Assembly: GCA_951406725.2 (NCBI GenBank)
Contig: OX597843.1
Location: forward strand, 20,894,001 to 20,958,000
Length of the DNA stretch: 64,000 nucleotides
Origin: Octopus vulgaris
Taxonomy: Eukaryota
Direction of reading: 5' to 3'
The notes below the pieces were generated by a model. That model was not told the origin of the DNA. It was given only the letters and a program-made list of their open reading frames with translations, and ran no database searches. The stretch's first letter is position 1. Every line of letters begins with the position of its first letter. The position numbers and the translations under genes were made by a program. This document shows positions 23,975-37,541 of this stretch, piece after piece.

Positions 23975-24400
23975 TTTGAAAGATGTTGGACTCTACTCCA
24001 TGGAGCGAAAACCGGAGATGTATTTAGTGATATGTGTGGAAGTTACTAGGGAAGCTGGTATCAAACTTTGGAATTCAGAATTATACCAAACCCCGAATTG
24101 GACGTCACTGCACTGTTCCAAAATTCCCGGCTCTCTCATTTAATATTAGGAGAATGTACTGCAATAGTTTGGAGTTCAAGTGCTCACAGATATTTTACAG
24201 ATCTGAAGAGTGGGTTTAGATGTTTCAACATACGACTTGACCTCTTGCTATACAAGTGAACCAATATCAGGGCAGGAAACTCAAAAGACTGCAGCGGTAG
24301 CGAACTCCGGCCAATCCCATAAACTCGGCCAGTCGAAAAGTGTTTATACTGGTGGGGCCCCAGCATCGACACAGCCTCAGGGTTAAAACATATAAAAGAA
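23975..24400 (+). mobile_element. CR1-group LINE 3' end remnant
   Basis: Translates across a frameshift as LKDVGLYSMER..WKLLGKLVSNFGI, resembling the LYSLERRR..WKI C-terminus of CR1-group RTs. Confidence 0.65.
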
Positions 24401-24584
24401 TAAAAGAATATATATATATATATATGAATGAAGGTTTGAAAATGCAATTTTAAAAGATGTTTATTTACTTGACCAGTTCCACTCTTTTAGAAAAAATATT
24501 GTCAAAAGTAACATGTAAAAGCTTTGTTGTGTTAGGTACTGGTGGTCTACAATACATACAGACATTATTTGATAATAATATGAA

Positions 24585-24745
24585 CATTTAGGTAGTATTT
24601 AAATGTACAATGAGGGAGATATGTTTAGTTTGAACTGACCTGATTCCGCATATTATCGTAAAAGCTTTTACGATAATATGGGGAATCAAGCCAGTTCAAA
24701 CTAAACATATCTCCCTCATTGTACATTTATATACTACCAAAATGT
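24585..24745. repeat. Near-perfect spacerless palindrome, about 160 bp
   Basis: Centre aaag|cttt at 24664/24665; arms of about 75-80 nt with a handful of mismatches. Confidence 0.95.
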
Positions 24746-25039
24746 AACCTTTTTGAACTTATAATTTTCTGTGTGTATATATACAGATACAATACCAATT
24801 TTCCTCTGAACTTTTTAATAATTCTTTCTGTAAACTGTTTTTAACATTCTCTTTTTATTATCAAAGAATGTATATATGTATTGTAATCTTTTGTACCCAA
24901 TATTTTAATGAACTTGTCAAATTTCTTTTATATTTTCCTAAGATTTTCCCTTGTAAACTGTGTTTAACATATTCTTATTATTATCAAAGAATGTATACAT
25001 GTATTGCAATACTTCGTGACAACCAGTACCTAACACAAC

Positions 25040-25690
25040 AAAGCGTTTACATATTGCTTTTGACAATTCTTTCTAAATAACTGAAACCGGTCAAACAAAT
25101 AAACATTTTTTAACATTGCATTTTCAAACCTTCTTTGATATATAATTCCACTCGTGCGGTACCTTACAACTCGAAACATTACTCTACGACAGTGGTTCTT
25201 ACGTAATGTTTCGAGTGTATGGGCGCACGAATAAATCACAGCTTCATCCAGAGCATGTTCATCATTTTATTCCGACAACCTCGGTATTGTGCATTGGGAG
25301 ATTATTCAGGGAGGACGTTTGGGGAAAATGACCGGATCTGGATTCGCGAAGTATTGAATTTTTCACGACAAAAATGCACCTATCACCTCACTCGTAAGTT
25401 TCTTGCCAAAAACAACATGCTATCGCTTCCGAATCTGCCCTATTCGCGAGATTTACCACCTGCTGACTTGCATCCGTTCCTCAAGATGAAAAATCAGCTC
25501 AGAGGTCGAGATCAAGAGCAAACTTAACATCATTGTCGAAATCTAGAGGTCCTCGACTCGCCTATGGAAAACTAAGTCCAGGCCGGATTTCAAAAGTGTC
25601 AGAAAAGCTGGGGCATTGCATTATTGCTCAGGTAACATGAGTTACTTTTATTAAACATAACTCGTTCAGGAACTTTATATATACGACGGG
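25040..25690 (+). mobile_element. Tc1/mariner transposase remnant (C-terminal)
   Basis: FLAKNNMLSLPNLPYSRDLPPADLHPFLKMKNQLRGR is a decayed mariner YSPDLAP motif. Confidence 0.8.
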
Positions 25691-25880
25691 TTTCCTTCAG
25701 TTACCGTGAACCCAAGTAACTAACATACACGAGTTTGTTCGGTTGGAGACCAGAGTACACGGAGAAGAACTGAATACACAAGCAAATTCTTATCACACAG
25801 CCATGCCAATGCCTACGCGAAATCACACACACACACACACACATACGTATGACGGAAATGGAAAATGAATTCTACGTGAT

Positions 25881-25994
25881 ACATTAATCATTACTGCTGT
25901 TTCAACCCGTCTTCAATCGGCCCCTCACGGATGAGATAATGGTCGATTGGCCGCGGTGCATCTTTATTTGAAGATGTTTCTCATCAGTTGACAT
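25881..25994 (-). ncRNA. Degenerate hammerhead ribozyme, paralog of 11128-11239
   Basis: Minus strand: CTGATGA ... GAAAC-AGCA-GTA. Confidence 0.5.
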
Positions 25995-26056
25995 TTAAAA
26001 AAGTACTCTACTCAATAAACTCAGTTTCACTTGGTTCCATTATAATGTATTTCGTT

Positions 26057-26060
<4 letters not shown>

Positions 26061-26118
<58 letters not shown>

Positions 26119-26270
26119 TTAAAAAAATAATAATAATGATAATAATAATAATTTTAGTACGAATAAGGTGAAGAAGAAGAAGAAAAAGGAGAAGGAGAAG
26201 GAGAAGAAGGTGAAGAAGAACAAAAACAATGACAACAACAACAATAATAACAACGAAGAAGTCGGTGATG
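26061..26270. repeat. (AAT)n / (GAA)n / (CAA)n microsatellite cluster
   Basis: Visible trinucleotide runs. Confidence 0.95.
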
Positions 26271-27459
26271 AAGAAAAAGTAATATGAGTAGCAAGAAAAC
26301 AGACAAGATGGACAAGCAAAACAATAACAAGAAAATTCGGGAATGAGGATAGAAATGATAATAAAAATATATCAACATAAGTAAAATTATCAGACATACA
26401 CACAGACACAAACGTACGAGGGACACACCAAACGTTGTTTTATGTTGTGGACGACTAGCTACATTAACATCCTTCCTAAAGAAATTGAAACGGAATATGC
26501 AGCCATCACACTGGACAGTTTGACTAAATTGTCCCAGCTGTAGCTCACTGTACAAAGAGAAAATGACGACTACCAACTTCAGCACGTCATGTAATTGTAG
26601 AGTTTAAAATAACTCATATTATTGAACCAGTATCTCAAAAGAGTGAGGATGAATATATTTCTATACTTTCTTTTCTTGAAGTGAGTATAACTCTGCATAA
26701 ATATATATTTCATAATGTACCCACCTATAGACACAAATGCAAACATACATATTCACGTACAATCATACAATCATACAGAAAATGTTAGACATTTATGCAG
26801 ACACATAGAGACACAAACACTCATAGACACCTTCATACACACTCTAACATGAAAATAGTAGCAGAACATTAGTTAGAGATAGAGAGAGAAAAAGGAAGAT
26901 GAGAAGACATTAAGTTACTAGAAAAATTTCTTAAATAAAATAATATCAAAAAACTGAAGCAACTTACATTTCGACTAAACTTTGAAGGTTTTGAAAGGAT
27001 CCTTGTGGGATGGTTGTCATCTTATTACTATTGAGATATCTGAAACATAAAACACAGTACAAAAGAATGAGTATTAAAAAGATTTCTTATAAAATATTAT
27101 TAAATCTTGTATCTTTAGAATCATATTAATAAAAAGAGGACGATAATGAAGAAAATGGCCGAGATGTTGATGATGATGATGAGGAGGAGGATTGCGATGT
27201 TGATTGTAAATGTTGTAATAATGACGGTGAGAAGGAAAAATGATGATGATTATTATCGAAAACGATGACAAACGCTACCGATTAATTGGTGATGACAACG
27301 TTGATTATTATGATGTTCATAACGAAGGTGATGACGATTCTGCATGCTAGAAATAGCAGAGTAAATGAGGGAAGGAAATAGTTATGATGACATGATAAAA
27401 TATAACGATTAGTGAATACAAAACTATGATTAGCAGGACTATGGATATGATAGCGCTGA

Positions 27460-28011
27460 AGATGATACTGATGATGATGATGATAATGATTATGATGATC
27501 ATGATGATCATGATCATGATGATGATGTTGATGATGATGATGATGATAATGATGATGATGATGATGGTGACGAAGATGACGATGATGATGATAATGATGA
27601 AAGATATGATGGAAAATTAGAAATTGATTAGAAACGAAGAAGGTGAAGGAAAATAAATCATCGAATTATAGATATAGAGAAGAAGAAGAAGAAGAAGAAG
27701 AAGAAAAAGAAGAAGAAGAAGAAGAAGAAGAAGAAGAAAAAGAAGAAGAAGAAGAAGAAGAAGAAGCGAAAATGATTCGTGAACAGAGGAGAAAGCAGTT
27801 GAAATAATTAAAAGCAGAAGAACCAGAAAATGATGAACAAGATGAATGTAGAGAAAAATTGTGAAGAAGACGATAAATGCAGGAAAAGAAGATATATTAA
27901 GACAAGAAAAATAACGTGGAATATCAGAATGGGGAAACACGTGGGAATAAAGGAATATTAATACAAATACTATAGTCACACATCAAACAAGCACAAATAT
28001 ATATACATATA

Positions 28012-28090
<79 letters not shown>
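27460..28090. repeat. (GAT)n, (GAA)n and (TA)n microsatellites
   Basis: Visible runs; source of the poly-M and poly-L ORFs. Confidence 0.95.
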
Positions 28091-28095
<5 letters not shown>

Positions 28096-28604
28096 AATCA
28101 AGGAACGGCCATAATAGGCCATTCACCCACTAGAAATAACAGCCAAAAGCTTTAGCCGCAAAATAACATCAATTCCGTAAACCAGGAGAAAATTTAAACA
28201 CATTTACCCTGTAATTTCTTATACGATGCACCGTTTCGTCTACTGTTTAATGGTAAACTAACCTGATTAAATTAAATCAAGCCAATCTACCATAGGCCCT
28301 TAGATTCATCAGTAAGAAATAGCCAAGTCGGAACAGATATTTTTCACGACGCATTCCCGTCCCTGCCTCGGCAATATCTGACCTAAAATTTTCAAATCAT
28401 CGCACTCGCGCCAAATTTATCGGCAGCAAATAAATATAAGCCGCCGATTCCATTACGGAATTAACCAGAAAATTCATAATTAATCAATATAGGGAGGCAA
28501 AAAAATTTTGTAGAATTTTTTTGCCACCAGCGGCCTAGTGGGAAAAAATTAAATAGTCATAGACCATTTTGAATGGCCTATTATGGCCGTTCCTTGATTG
28601 TGAT
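28091..28604 (-). mobile_element. 514-bp non-coding element with perfect 35-bp terminal inverted repeats and an internal hammerhead (probable solo PLE pLTR)
   Basis: atcacaatcaaggaacggccataataggccattca (28091-28125) and its reverse complement (28570-28604). Confidence 0.8.
28214..28320 (-). ncRNA. Type I hammerhead ribozyme
   Basis: Minus strand: atttctta-CTGATGA-atcta..long G.U-rich hairpin..tagac-GAAAC-ggtgcatc-GTA-taagaaat. Perfect 8-bp stem I and near-palindromic stem III; only the first stem II pair is mismatched (A.C). Confidence 0.85.
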
Positions 28605-29298
28605 GTTGAACCAGAGAAAGGGACAAATGGTACCAACAGATGAGACGATCTGCAACAGACTAAGAGCAACGCAAGGCATAATTGTTGTGAGAGAGAATGC
28701 GAGACCAAGGTAGAAGACAGGATGAGGAAGAACAAACACAGTACAAGGAACAACAAAGATTGATTTTTCAGCGGAGAATGGAAAACATGAATGATATGCA
28801 GTGTGCGCAGTATCAAGACCAACAGAAAAATGTTATGTAACAGAGAAGGGAGAATATGGATGATTTGGAAAGGGCTGCTTGTCTCCAAGGTCAAACAGAG
28901 AGACATCAAGATGGAATTGCAAGTATGAATGCTGAACAGGTGTTACGTTTGCGAGATGAACAGGTACAACGAAAGCGTGAAGGAAGACATGGACTACCAC
29001 TGAACTGACTCAATAATCCTAAACGAACCTATCGTATTGGTGATATGTACTTATATTGCGAGTATTGTGGAGCACTTAGCTTTAAATATGAAAACTTCAT
29101 GTTCAGTCACAATAAGAAAGTGAATTTTCCTCCACTGCAACTAAACCCTCAGACATTGAAGCGTTTGTCTGAGAAAATTACCAAGAGTCTGCTTCAATTC
29201 GAAAAAAACATCAGCAATTACAACTGCATATCTTCCTTTACGTCATTTGGTGTGAAACTCTCTGTGCCACAAGGAAGAGGTCTACATTGTTTCTGTAT
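28605..29298 (+). mobile_element. Helitron RepHel N-terminal remnant (left of the Gypsy insertion)
   Basis: IGDMYLYCEYCGALSFKYE, YNCISSFTSFG, GRGLHCFCI. Confidence 0.8.
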
Positions 29299-32200
29299 TG
29301 TTGTGGAAGGATTCCGACAACCTTCCAATTGACGAAAAGGGAACTGACACATTCCTATTAAATAGACAACTGTCGAGTCTTCAGTAATTAATTGGTAAAT
29401 AGTTCACTGTGAGCCATTGACAGAGAGTGTTGGGTAATCGATTCGCGTCGTGTAAATACTTCCTTTCCCCCTTGTTCCTTAAATTAACTCCACAGACAGA
29501 AGCAGAAGAATGCCAGGGAACACGACGCAGAAAAAGGGAAGAAAAAGATTGCTCTCATATTCCAGTGTCTCCACCGTAACGGATAAGAAATAAGAGAAAA
29601 AATGTCAAGAAGGAGACCATGTTGTGGTCTACATTTTAAAAGTAACTGCCCGTTTAAAATCCAAAAACGAAATTTTATCAAAACGTTTCAGTGAAAGAAG
29701 TTCTCTGCTAAATAGTTGAGGATAGTTTTATATTTTGTCCCAAAACATGAAGATTTCGTCACCTGTGCCGAGGCTGTTAACGGAAAGTGTAAATAATTCA
29801 AATTATATGTATTAAGATGCTGTTCAAATGCATATTTTTTGTTTAAGGCCTAAATGCAAGCAAAGATGGAAATATATGTTCACGGATGTCAACAAAATTA
29901 GAACTGAACAAAAAGTAACTCTACAAACAGAAGCAGAAAAATGTCAGGAAAAACGACACAGAAAAAAATGAAGAAAGCGACGCCCAAAACGAAATTGAAG
30001 AAAAAGATTGATCGCATATTCCAGTGTCTCCACCGTAACGGATAAGAAATAAGAGAAACAAATATGAATATCGAATCCATGTTGTGGGTGCGGTGGTCAA
30101 CATTTTAAAAGTAATTGCCCGTTTAAAAATATAAAAGGCGTCAAATGTGGCAAGAGAGATCATAAAAAAATGACACTGTAGAACAAACCTGGAAAACAGT
30201 TCAACAGAAAGAAAACACGAAAACAGGTTATCGGTGACCAAAAACCGAACAGCCTCAAAGGAAATTTGTGTACGTAAAGTTACAACTAGATAAGGGCAGT
30301 GATATCTCGATAATTAACACAGATACATAGAAAAAAGAGAGAAGACCTAGATTAAAAGACATTTCGAAAATTGCAGGTGGAAAATAATTACATTTTAATG
30401 GCGTAATGATAAATCACGTTCCATTTCGTGGGAAAACCTTAAAAACCAAAGTTTTTGTGTTGAATAATATCCCAAATTTATTCGGAACATTGAACAGAAT
30501 TGTTTAACTTATGGGAACTCCCCATAAATCTTTTCAGTAAAAATGTGAATGGTTTTCTTGCCAATACAAATGAATCGTCGGACGATTTGTAAAAATAATT
30601 TTAAAAGATTTTTCCTAAGTACTCTCTGATAAATTAGATCTCAGCATCACAACGAAAATGAAGTTCCAAGTAAAAGTAAATGCCAAACCGGTATTTAAAT
30701 ATAAACGAACTGTAACTTTGGCATCGTTGGAACAGATAAACTTTTGCATCGTTAGAAACAAATAATCAAAATCAGAGTGTATGCTGATTTTTTCCACTGG
30801 TTTAAATGAGTGTCTTAAAACGTTCCACTATCAGCTACCTACCCTGGGGGATATATTTGTAAAATTAGACGGTGGCAAGGTATATTCTTAATTCGATATC
30901 TCTGATGCGTCCCTACATCTTAGAGTAGACGATGAATGCTATAAATACCTAAACATTAACGCACATATATATATATATATATATACATATACACAACATG
31001 TTACTATGTGTCTGAAATGTCACACCGGTGATTTTTCAACAGCTTATGGATGCAGTGTTAGCGGATAGTGAATTTGCATTTCCATATCTGGATGATATAC
31101 TCATTAAAAGCGAATCACGGGATCAACATGTAGAGCACGTAATATATATGTTCGAAAAAATTAGGGATTACATTGAAAAAGAAAGCGTGAATTTTCTTCT
31201 TAACAAAAATAAAATTGGACAAACAATTGAAAGAAGTGGACGAGGACCAGATCCGTTGAAGGCAGACGCAATTAAATACATGCCCCCCCCCCGACAAATA
31301 TAATGACCTTACATGATTGCTTTGGCAAATTATTACCAAAATTATATTCTAAATATGCATAGGGTAAGTGTTACAGTAGATTATGTATTTAAAAAATGTC
31401 AATTGAAATTGCTCTGAAAATTGTCAAAGGGATTTCGACGAAATTTTAAAATATTAACATCTGATTTGTTGTTAGCACGCTTCGATTCTGTAGCGAAGAA
31501 TGTTGTAACTTCAGATGCCTCTGAATACTGTATCGGCGCAGTAATGCTACATAAATAAAAAGATGGTAACATGAAGGCGGTGGTTCTTGATATCAGCAGA
31601 AAATATTGCAGCCAAATCAAAAAGGAGGCTCTTGTAATTATTTTTGCAGTAAAAAATTGCATAGATTTTTACACGGCAGAAGTTTTTGAATACAGACAGA
31701 TCATCGTCCGTTATTATCAGTATATGATTCAAAGAAATAAATATCTAGCCGTACTGCTAATAGGCTGCAGCACTGGGGTAGTGTATTATTAAACTATGAA
31801 TTTAAGATAGAGTATATACCATCTAAAAAATTAGGACACGCTAATTGTTTATCAAAACCGAGTTCAGAAAATGCTGAACCATTTGAAGATACCGTGATTG
31901 ATACTTTGCGAGCGGAAAATGAAATTAAAAGCAAACTGTATAACTCCAAGCGCGAACTGCTATTTACGTTACAGGACATAAAATTACAATTGGGAAACGA
32001 TATATTCATTACAAAATGAAAGAAATGCAGAAGTGTTAAAGAGATAAAAGATATTCGAGCCTATCACGAGGTGTGACAATGTGCTGATGTATGCACAAAG
32101 AGTCGTAGTGCCAGCCACACTACAAAAGCAATTACTAAAGGAATTTCATATTGAGTCAAAGGGATTTCGATAATGAAATCGTTAATGAGAAGTTAGGTAT

Positions 32201-33102
32201 ACTGGCCAACAACGGACTGTAACGTTGAAGATATAGTGATAGTATGCAATACGCTGTTCTCTAGCTCCAAATACACCCGTCACGAAATGGCACCCGTGGC
32301 CAAAATCACTTAAGGTTTCACATCACTTCATTGTGGGGGAGTGTTTTTCAACGTGGTCTGAAGTGCATAAATATAGAAAGCCGACATCTCTGGTTACAGT
32401 GATATTCGATCTTTGTCAGAAAGATCAGATCCATCTTTGATCAGCCGATACCGTGTGAAAATATATAAAAAAAGGAACAATATTTCAAAATTCTTCAAGT
32501 TAGGTGACAATGTTTTTTAAAGACCTATAGATATAGTAAAGAAGGCTGGGAGGATGGTACAATTATTAAATAAATTGCAAGAATGATATTCCTGGTAAAA
32601 GGTAAAACAAATATCGAACATAAAAGACTTATTAACCAACTTAAAACCTGATTCAAGGAAAAATCAGACAAAAGAAGTGAATTTCTCATGAGAAAATTGC
32701 ACGACACGTTTGAGGTACCAACACAGAAACAATTTGTAATTACACGTTCTTGCACCAGAAAACGAAACGAATGGAAACACAAGAATTGAACCCTAAGCAT
32801 AAGAGATATTAAAACTCTGAGCGACTTTAATTCTCAAGTGGAGAATTTAGGGGAGACTAATTCTATAAAGGGGAGATGCTGTGGAAAGATTCTGACAACC
32901 TTCCAAGTGACTAAAAGTGGTCTGACACATTTCCATTACATGGAGAACTGTCTAGTCGTAAGCAATTGATTGTGAACAATTGACTGGTAAGCATTTCCCT
33001 ATGATCCGTTGGCAGAGAGCGTCGAGTCTCACGTAATAGTAATCGTATTGCGTCGTGTAAATAGCTTCGTTAAATTATATATCCAATACCAGGATATAGA
33101 AC
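29299..33102 (+). mobile_element. Gypsy/Ty3 (K02A2.6/Mag-like) LTR retrotransposon, heavily decayed, both LTRs present
   Basis: LTRs start TG at 29299 and 32877, the latter after PPT aaaggggaga. Protease LDKGSDIS (~30285), RT YLDDILI (31028-31303), RNase H SDASEY..SQIKKEAL, integrase-region VVVP..LLKEFH. GTAT flanks both ends. Confidence 0.9.
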
Positions 33103-33106
33103 GTAT

Positions 33107-34880
33107 TCAGGGCCAAACTTAGCACAACACTACGAACTGTCAATGGTCGCCTGCAGTACAGTCAGTTGTATATTATTAATGCATCACAGAGTGGAAGCAA
33201 GTCAGAACTCCCAAAGCTCTTCTCAAAGAATGGGTGTCATGTGCAACAAGTAAATCCTTAGGCTGAGTTATATGAGAACATGCACTTAATTGAACAACAA
33301 GAGGTTGGAAGTGCCAGTCGTGAATATGTACAATTACGAAAGTGTGAAATACATTTCAAAAGAACGGGATATATAAGGCGCTACAATTTTACCCCTAGCA
33401 ATGAAATAACTGCACCCTGAAAACCCTAATTGCCATGAGAGAGAAAATAATCTGCAGCGAAATAAGACTTTTGAAAACCGATATATCATTGGATTTCTGA
33501 AGGGTATGGTGGACAGACATGTATTTGGTGTAAGAGTAACTCATGTCCGTGTCATTGAGTTTCAAAAGAGAGGACTTCCACACTGCCATATGCTCGTAGA
33601 CAAAGTGAAGATCAGAGATGATATAGACAGAATGGTACCAGCAGAAATTTCTGATTCAAATGATGACCCCGTCTTACATGATTTAATTTTAAAAAATTCA
33701 TGAGACTTAGACCTTATGGTGTTGATAACCCCTCATCGCAATACATGGGGAATGGCTCTTGCCAAACAAAGTTTCCCAAGAACTACAGAAATGAGACACT
33801 ACTAAATATTAATGGATATCCAGTGTACAGGAGGCACAATAAAGGGATCACATCACAAGTTGGATGCCATTCTTTTAACAACTGGTATGTCGTTCCATTC
33901 TATGCTTACCTATTAAAGAAATTCCGAGCTCATATCAACGTTGAAGTTTGCTCATCTGTAAAAATGTCAAGTATATATGCAAGTATGTCTAAAACGGTCG
34001 TGATAGCGCTTCAGTTGAAGTAAGGAATGATGCAGTTGCAGAAGGTGGACAGACTCAGCAACCCCAAGGCTAAATCAGAAATTATTTTGCGTGTTGATAT
34101 GTTTCACCTTCTGAAGCCTTATGGAGAATGTCTACGTACAAGCTGCATGACTAGTCCCACACTGTCTACAGTTTAGCAGTTCACTCTCACTGCATGGTTC
34201 AAACTGAATGAGAACGATTAACGGAAGTACTTGTACCCTAACATTCCTATGCGTTATGTGTTTAATGAACGTCCAAAAGCCATGAACACTCAGGAGAAAA
34301 ATCAATACCATCGGCTGCAGAATGAACACAGTGAGTCCTAAGGACGTAAAAAAAATTTCATTTACGATTGCTATTTCGGATGTTCCAGGTGCTGAGCGCT
34401 TTGAGAAGTGAGCACTGTAGGAGGTGAAATCTATGCAACATTTAAAGATGCGTACATATGAGGGTTTGGAGCATACTATACTTGAAGCTACTGCGAATCG
34501 GATGCCATTTCAGTTGCGTATTACGTTTGCTGTCCTCTGCACCTATTCAAGTTCTTCCAATGTTCTTCGCCTGTGGAATACTGACAAGAATTCTATGATG
34601 GAAGATTATGCTCACCGAGGGCTGAATGCAGACTCTACACTTCATAAATTCTGTGTTAATTGAAAATGGCATTAGCTGGTTTAATATTAGCTTGCTTGAA
34701 CCAATTGGAATGTAACGGGTTGAGCAGAAAGATGACATGAAGCACCCACTCATTGCAACCCTTACCAACGAGCAGAAAGGGATCGCCGATGCAGTCATTA
34801 AAGCCATTGGTAAGAAAAGGTTGAGGTGAGATGCTGGGATCTTTCTTTTCTCTGCTGATTTTCCCGGAGGCTGTAACTTC
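33107..34880 (+). mobile_element. Helitron RepHel remnant (HUH Rep domain)
   Basis: VIEFQKRGLPHCHML (Rep motif 2); FPK..ET, GYPVYRRH, HINVEVCSSVK (motif 3 region). Confidence 0.9.
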
Positions 34881-35069
34881 ATAAATTCCAATTCAATCCG
34901 TACACTTCTGTAAATTTCTTATTTACTTTTGCAACGTTTTGTGTTTTCTTTTTGTTGTTGTTGAAGGAATTACTGATAAATGTAAGTTCATAATTTACTG
35001 CCAGGAGTAACTTCAAACACTTCACTTAAACCCGCGCACATAATTAATTTCCAAAAAAATTTCTTAATT

Positions 35070-37541
35070 ACCACATTTGTTTTCAAGTAACCCTCTGTTT
35101 AAAATTTCCGGTTTCATAGGATTATGCTTCGTCATTCATACGTACCATCCTTGCTACATTCACCCATCTTTCTTAAAACATTCGCAAGACAAAACTTGCC
35201 TCTCTGCTCTCACTTTTTTTTTCAAGTGATATTTGAAGGGATGATACAAGAAGATGTTGAGAGATTGACCAGAGAGGAAATTGTCTGTCTCCAATCCTTT
35301 CATACGCGTCCACCAGATACATTATTTCGCCATATAATGAAAATAGCTCTTCCTTTCTGCTTGAAAGAAAGAGGCGTGACAATATTGACGATAGACTCGG
35401 CTGTTTAACCGACTCGTCCCACACGTGACAGAAGTTGTTCGACATAAGCCCACAGTTCGGAAATGTTTGGACACTGCACGACTGCGTGCAGAACTGTTTC
35501 GTCATTCTAACCGCATCTCGGGCAGGTCGGCCCCGTGTTCCTCGAGCCGTGTCTGTAGAGCTTATCCCGAAGGAGTAGCGCTTCTCGGTAGCACTGCCAG
35601 GTAAAGGATCTCTGGATGCTGTGAATGGGCGCTGGCCCGAAAGTCGTCCTGAACAGGCGGGTCAGATATTCCTCGTCGACGTCCAGGTTCGCCCCGAGTT
35701 CGTCGTCCCACCTCCCCTCCACTAATCCCCTATAGAATGCTTTGGTTGTGTTGATGTCACTCATGGTCGACCCGGGACGGCATAGTTGCTTGACAGCAAC
35801 GGGACACTCGCGGTGCCATTCGCCCCTTCTCGGCCTCTATTTGATCCACGGCTTCAGTTCGGTCATGGAGATGAGTTCACACCTGTTCACCGTCGTCTAC
35901 GTAGAGCCTGAGATTTCGCAGTCTCAGCGCGTGTCTGCGCATCATAAAAAAAGGCATGGCCAGTCCTCCCCTTTAACGGGTGTTGACAGCAAATGGATCG
36001 CCTGACCATCGGGACGCATCCTTTCCTCAAGACGCGAAAGAGAATGCGTTCTAGTTTGGTGCTGGTAGGGTTGGGACAAGGCACGACGGTCAGGCGGTAG
36101 TAGATGACGTACGCGATGTACGAGTTCGCCACCTCCGCCCGACATTTTAGGGACAGTTTCTCTCGGCCCATTGCCGGGCGAGAGTGGCCACCCTGCTCAT
36201 TATCTCGTTCCACTTTTTCTCCATTTGGAGGTCTCGCCCAAACCAGACCCCGAGAAACTCGACCGGACCGTCGGTCCAGCGTCCCACGACGGAGGCGCTG
36301 GTGGACTGCATGGGCTTGCTTCTCCAGGTGCCGAATCGCAAGCCCACTGATTTATCCCGGTTGATTTTTGCTCCTGTCACCGCTACGTAGTATTTCAGTG
36401 TCTCGCCGACATGCTCGATGTGCTCGTGGCTAGACACTATGACGGTGTCGTCGTCCGCGTATGCCGACACGCTCGTCACGAATCCCAATTCTCGTGGGAT
36501 GACCCTCATATTTGGCAGCTTCCGTAATAATGGCTCGAGAGTCAATGCGTTCAGAAGCGACGAGAGGAGGCATCCCTGACGGACATAACGTGCAATGTCT
36601 AAAGGTTTCTATAGAAGTCCATTTACACGAATTACCGTACGGAGGCCTGTGTACAAAGCGGCTATCCAGCCGCGGAAGACGGGACCGAATCCAGCCGCTC
36701 TAAGGACAGCTTCCAAGTATCGATGGTCTACCCTATCGAAAGCTTTCCATTGATCCAAATTGATCTGCGCTCCACCCGTGCCAGATTCCTTAACTACCCT
36801 GTCTATGATGTAGCGCATCAGGTGGCGGTCGTCATGGATGCTCCGGCCCGGCACGGCGCACGTTTACGCCTTGTCGACCAGTTTCTCGATGACAAGCGCC
36901 AACCTCTTGGCTAACACATTGGCCAAAATTTTCAAGTCTGCATTCAGCAGAGTAATGGGCCCAAAGTTATCTATAACATTCCCCTTGTTTAGATCTTTCT
37001 TCAGCAGTGTTACGGCTCCTCGGATCACAAAACCAGGAATGCTCCAGTTTTGCTGCCAGTTGCAGTACACCGCTGCCAAGACGTCTCCAAAATGTCTGGC
37101 ATACAACTGTAAAGCTCGTGGTGTAGACAAACAAAACCCGTCGATTTGTCTCTCGAGCATTCTGCTATCGCGTCCTGCACTTCCGCCGCCCTGATGGCAC
37201 CTTCGCAGCGCCCTGCCTCTCTTGTCGAGAATCGTGGTAGGCTGTGTAGGTAGGTACCGAAGTCCACCCTAAGTTCTTGCTCGCCAATAGTCCCGAACAG
37301 TTGGGCAAAATGCTGTTGGAAGGCCTCACACATTTTACTTGGCTCGAGCAATTCGCGCCCCTGTTCATCTACCAGAGACTGAATGGTGCCATTTTGCCCT
37401 GTTGCGCCTCTGCCACCCGGGCTTCTCTCGCGGCTCTAACGCCTTCGATCATTAGAGCACGCATCATAGATCTGACAACACACCCTTCGTGTTTGTCGTT
37501 GAAGTGTTGGTCGAGGGCCAACCTCGCCGCCAAAACGTCGG
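35070..37541 (-). mobile_element. Tx1/L1-clade LINE ORF2 (RT), 5'-truncated and frameshifted
   Basis: PITLLNADLKILA, LDQWKAFDRVDH, VRQGCPP, VSAYADD, EFLGVWF. Confidence 0.92.

Larger units (their letters stand above)
22490..27200. repeat. Old segmental duplication, copy B (paralog 7850-12330)
   Basis: Colinear match to copy A with different insertions (SINEs, CR1-like fragment, palindrome, longer mariner). Confidence 0.85.

Noticed and set aside
24800-25030. Diverged tandem pair of about 125 bp
   Set aside because: Real but AT-rich and featureless; likely a simple local duplication.
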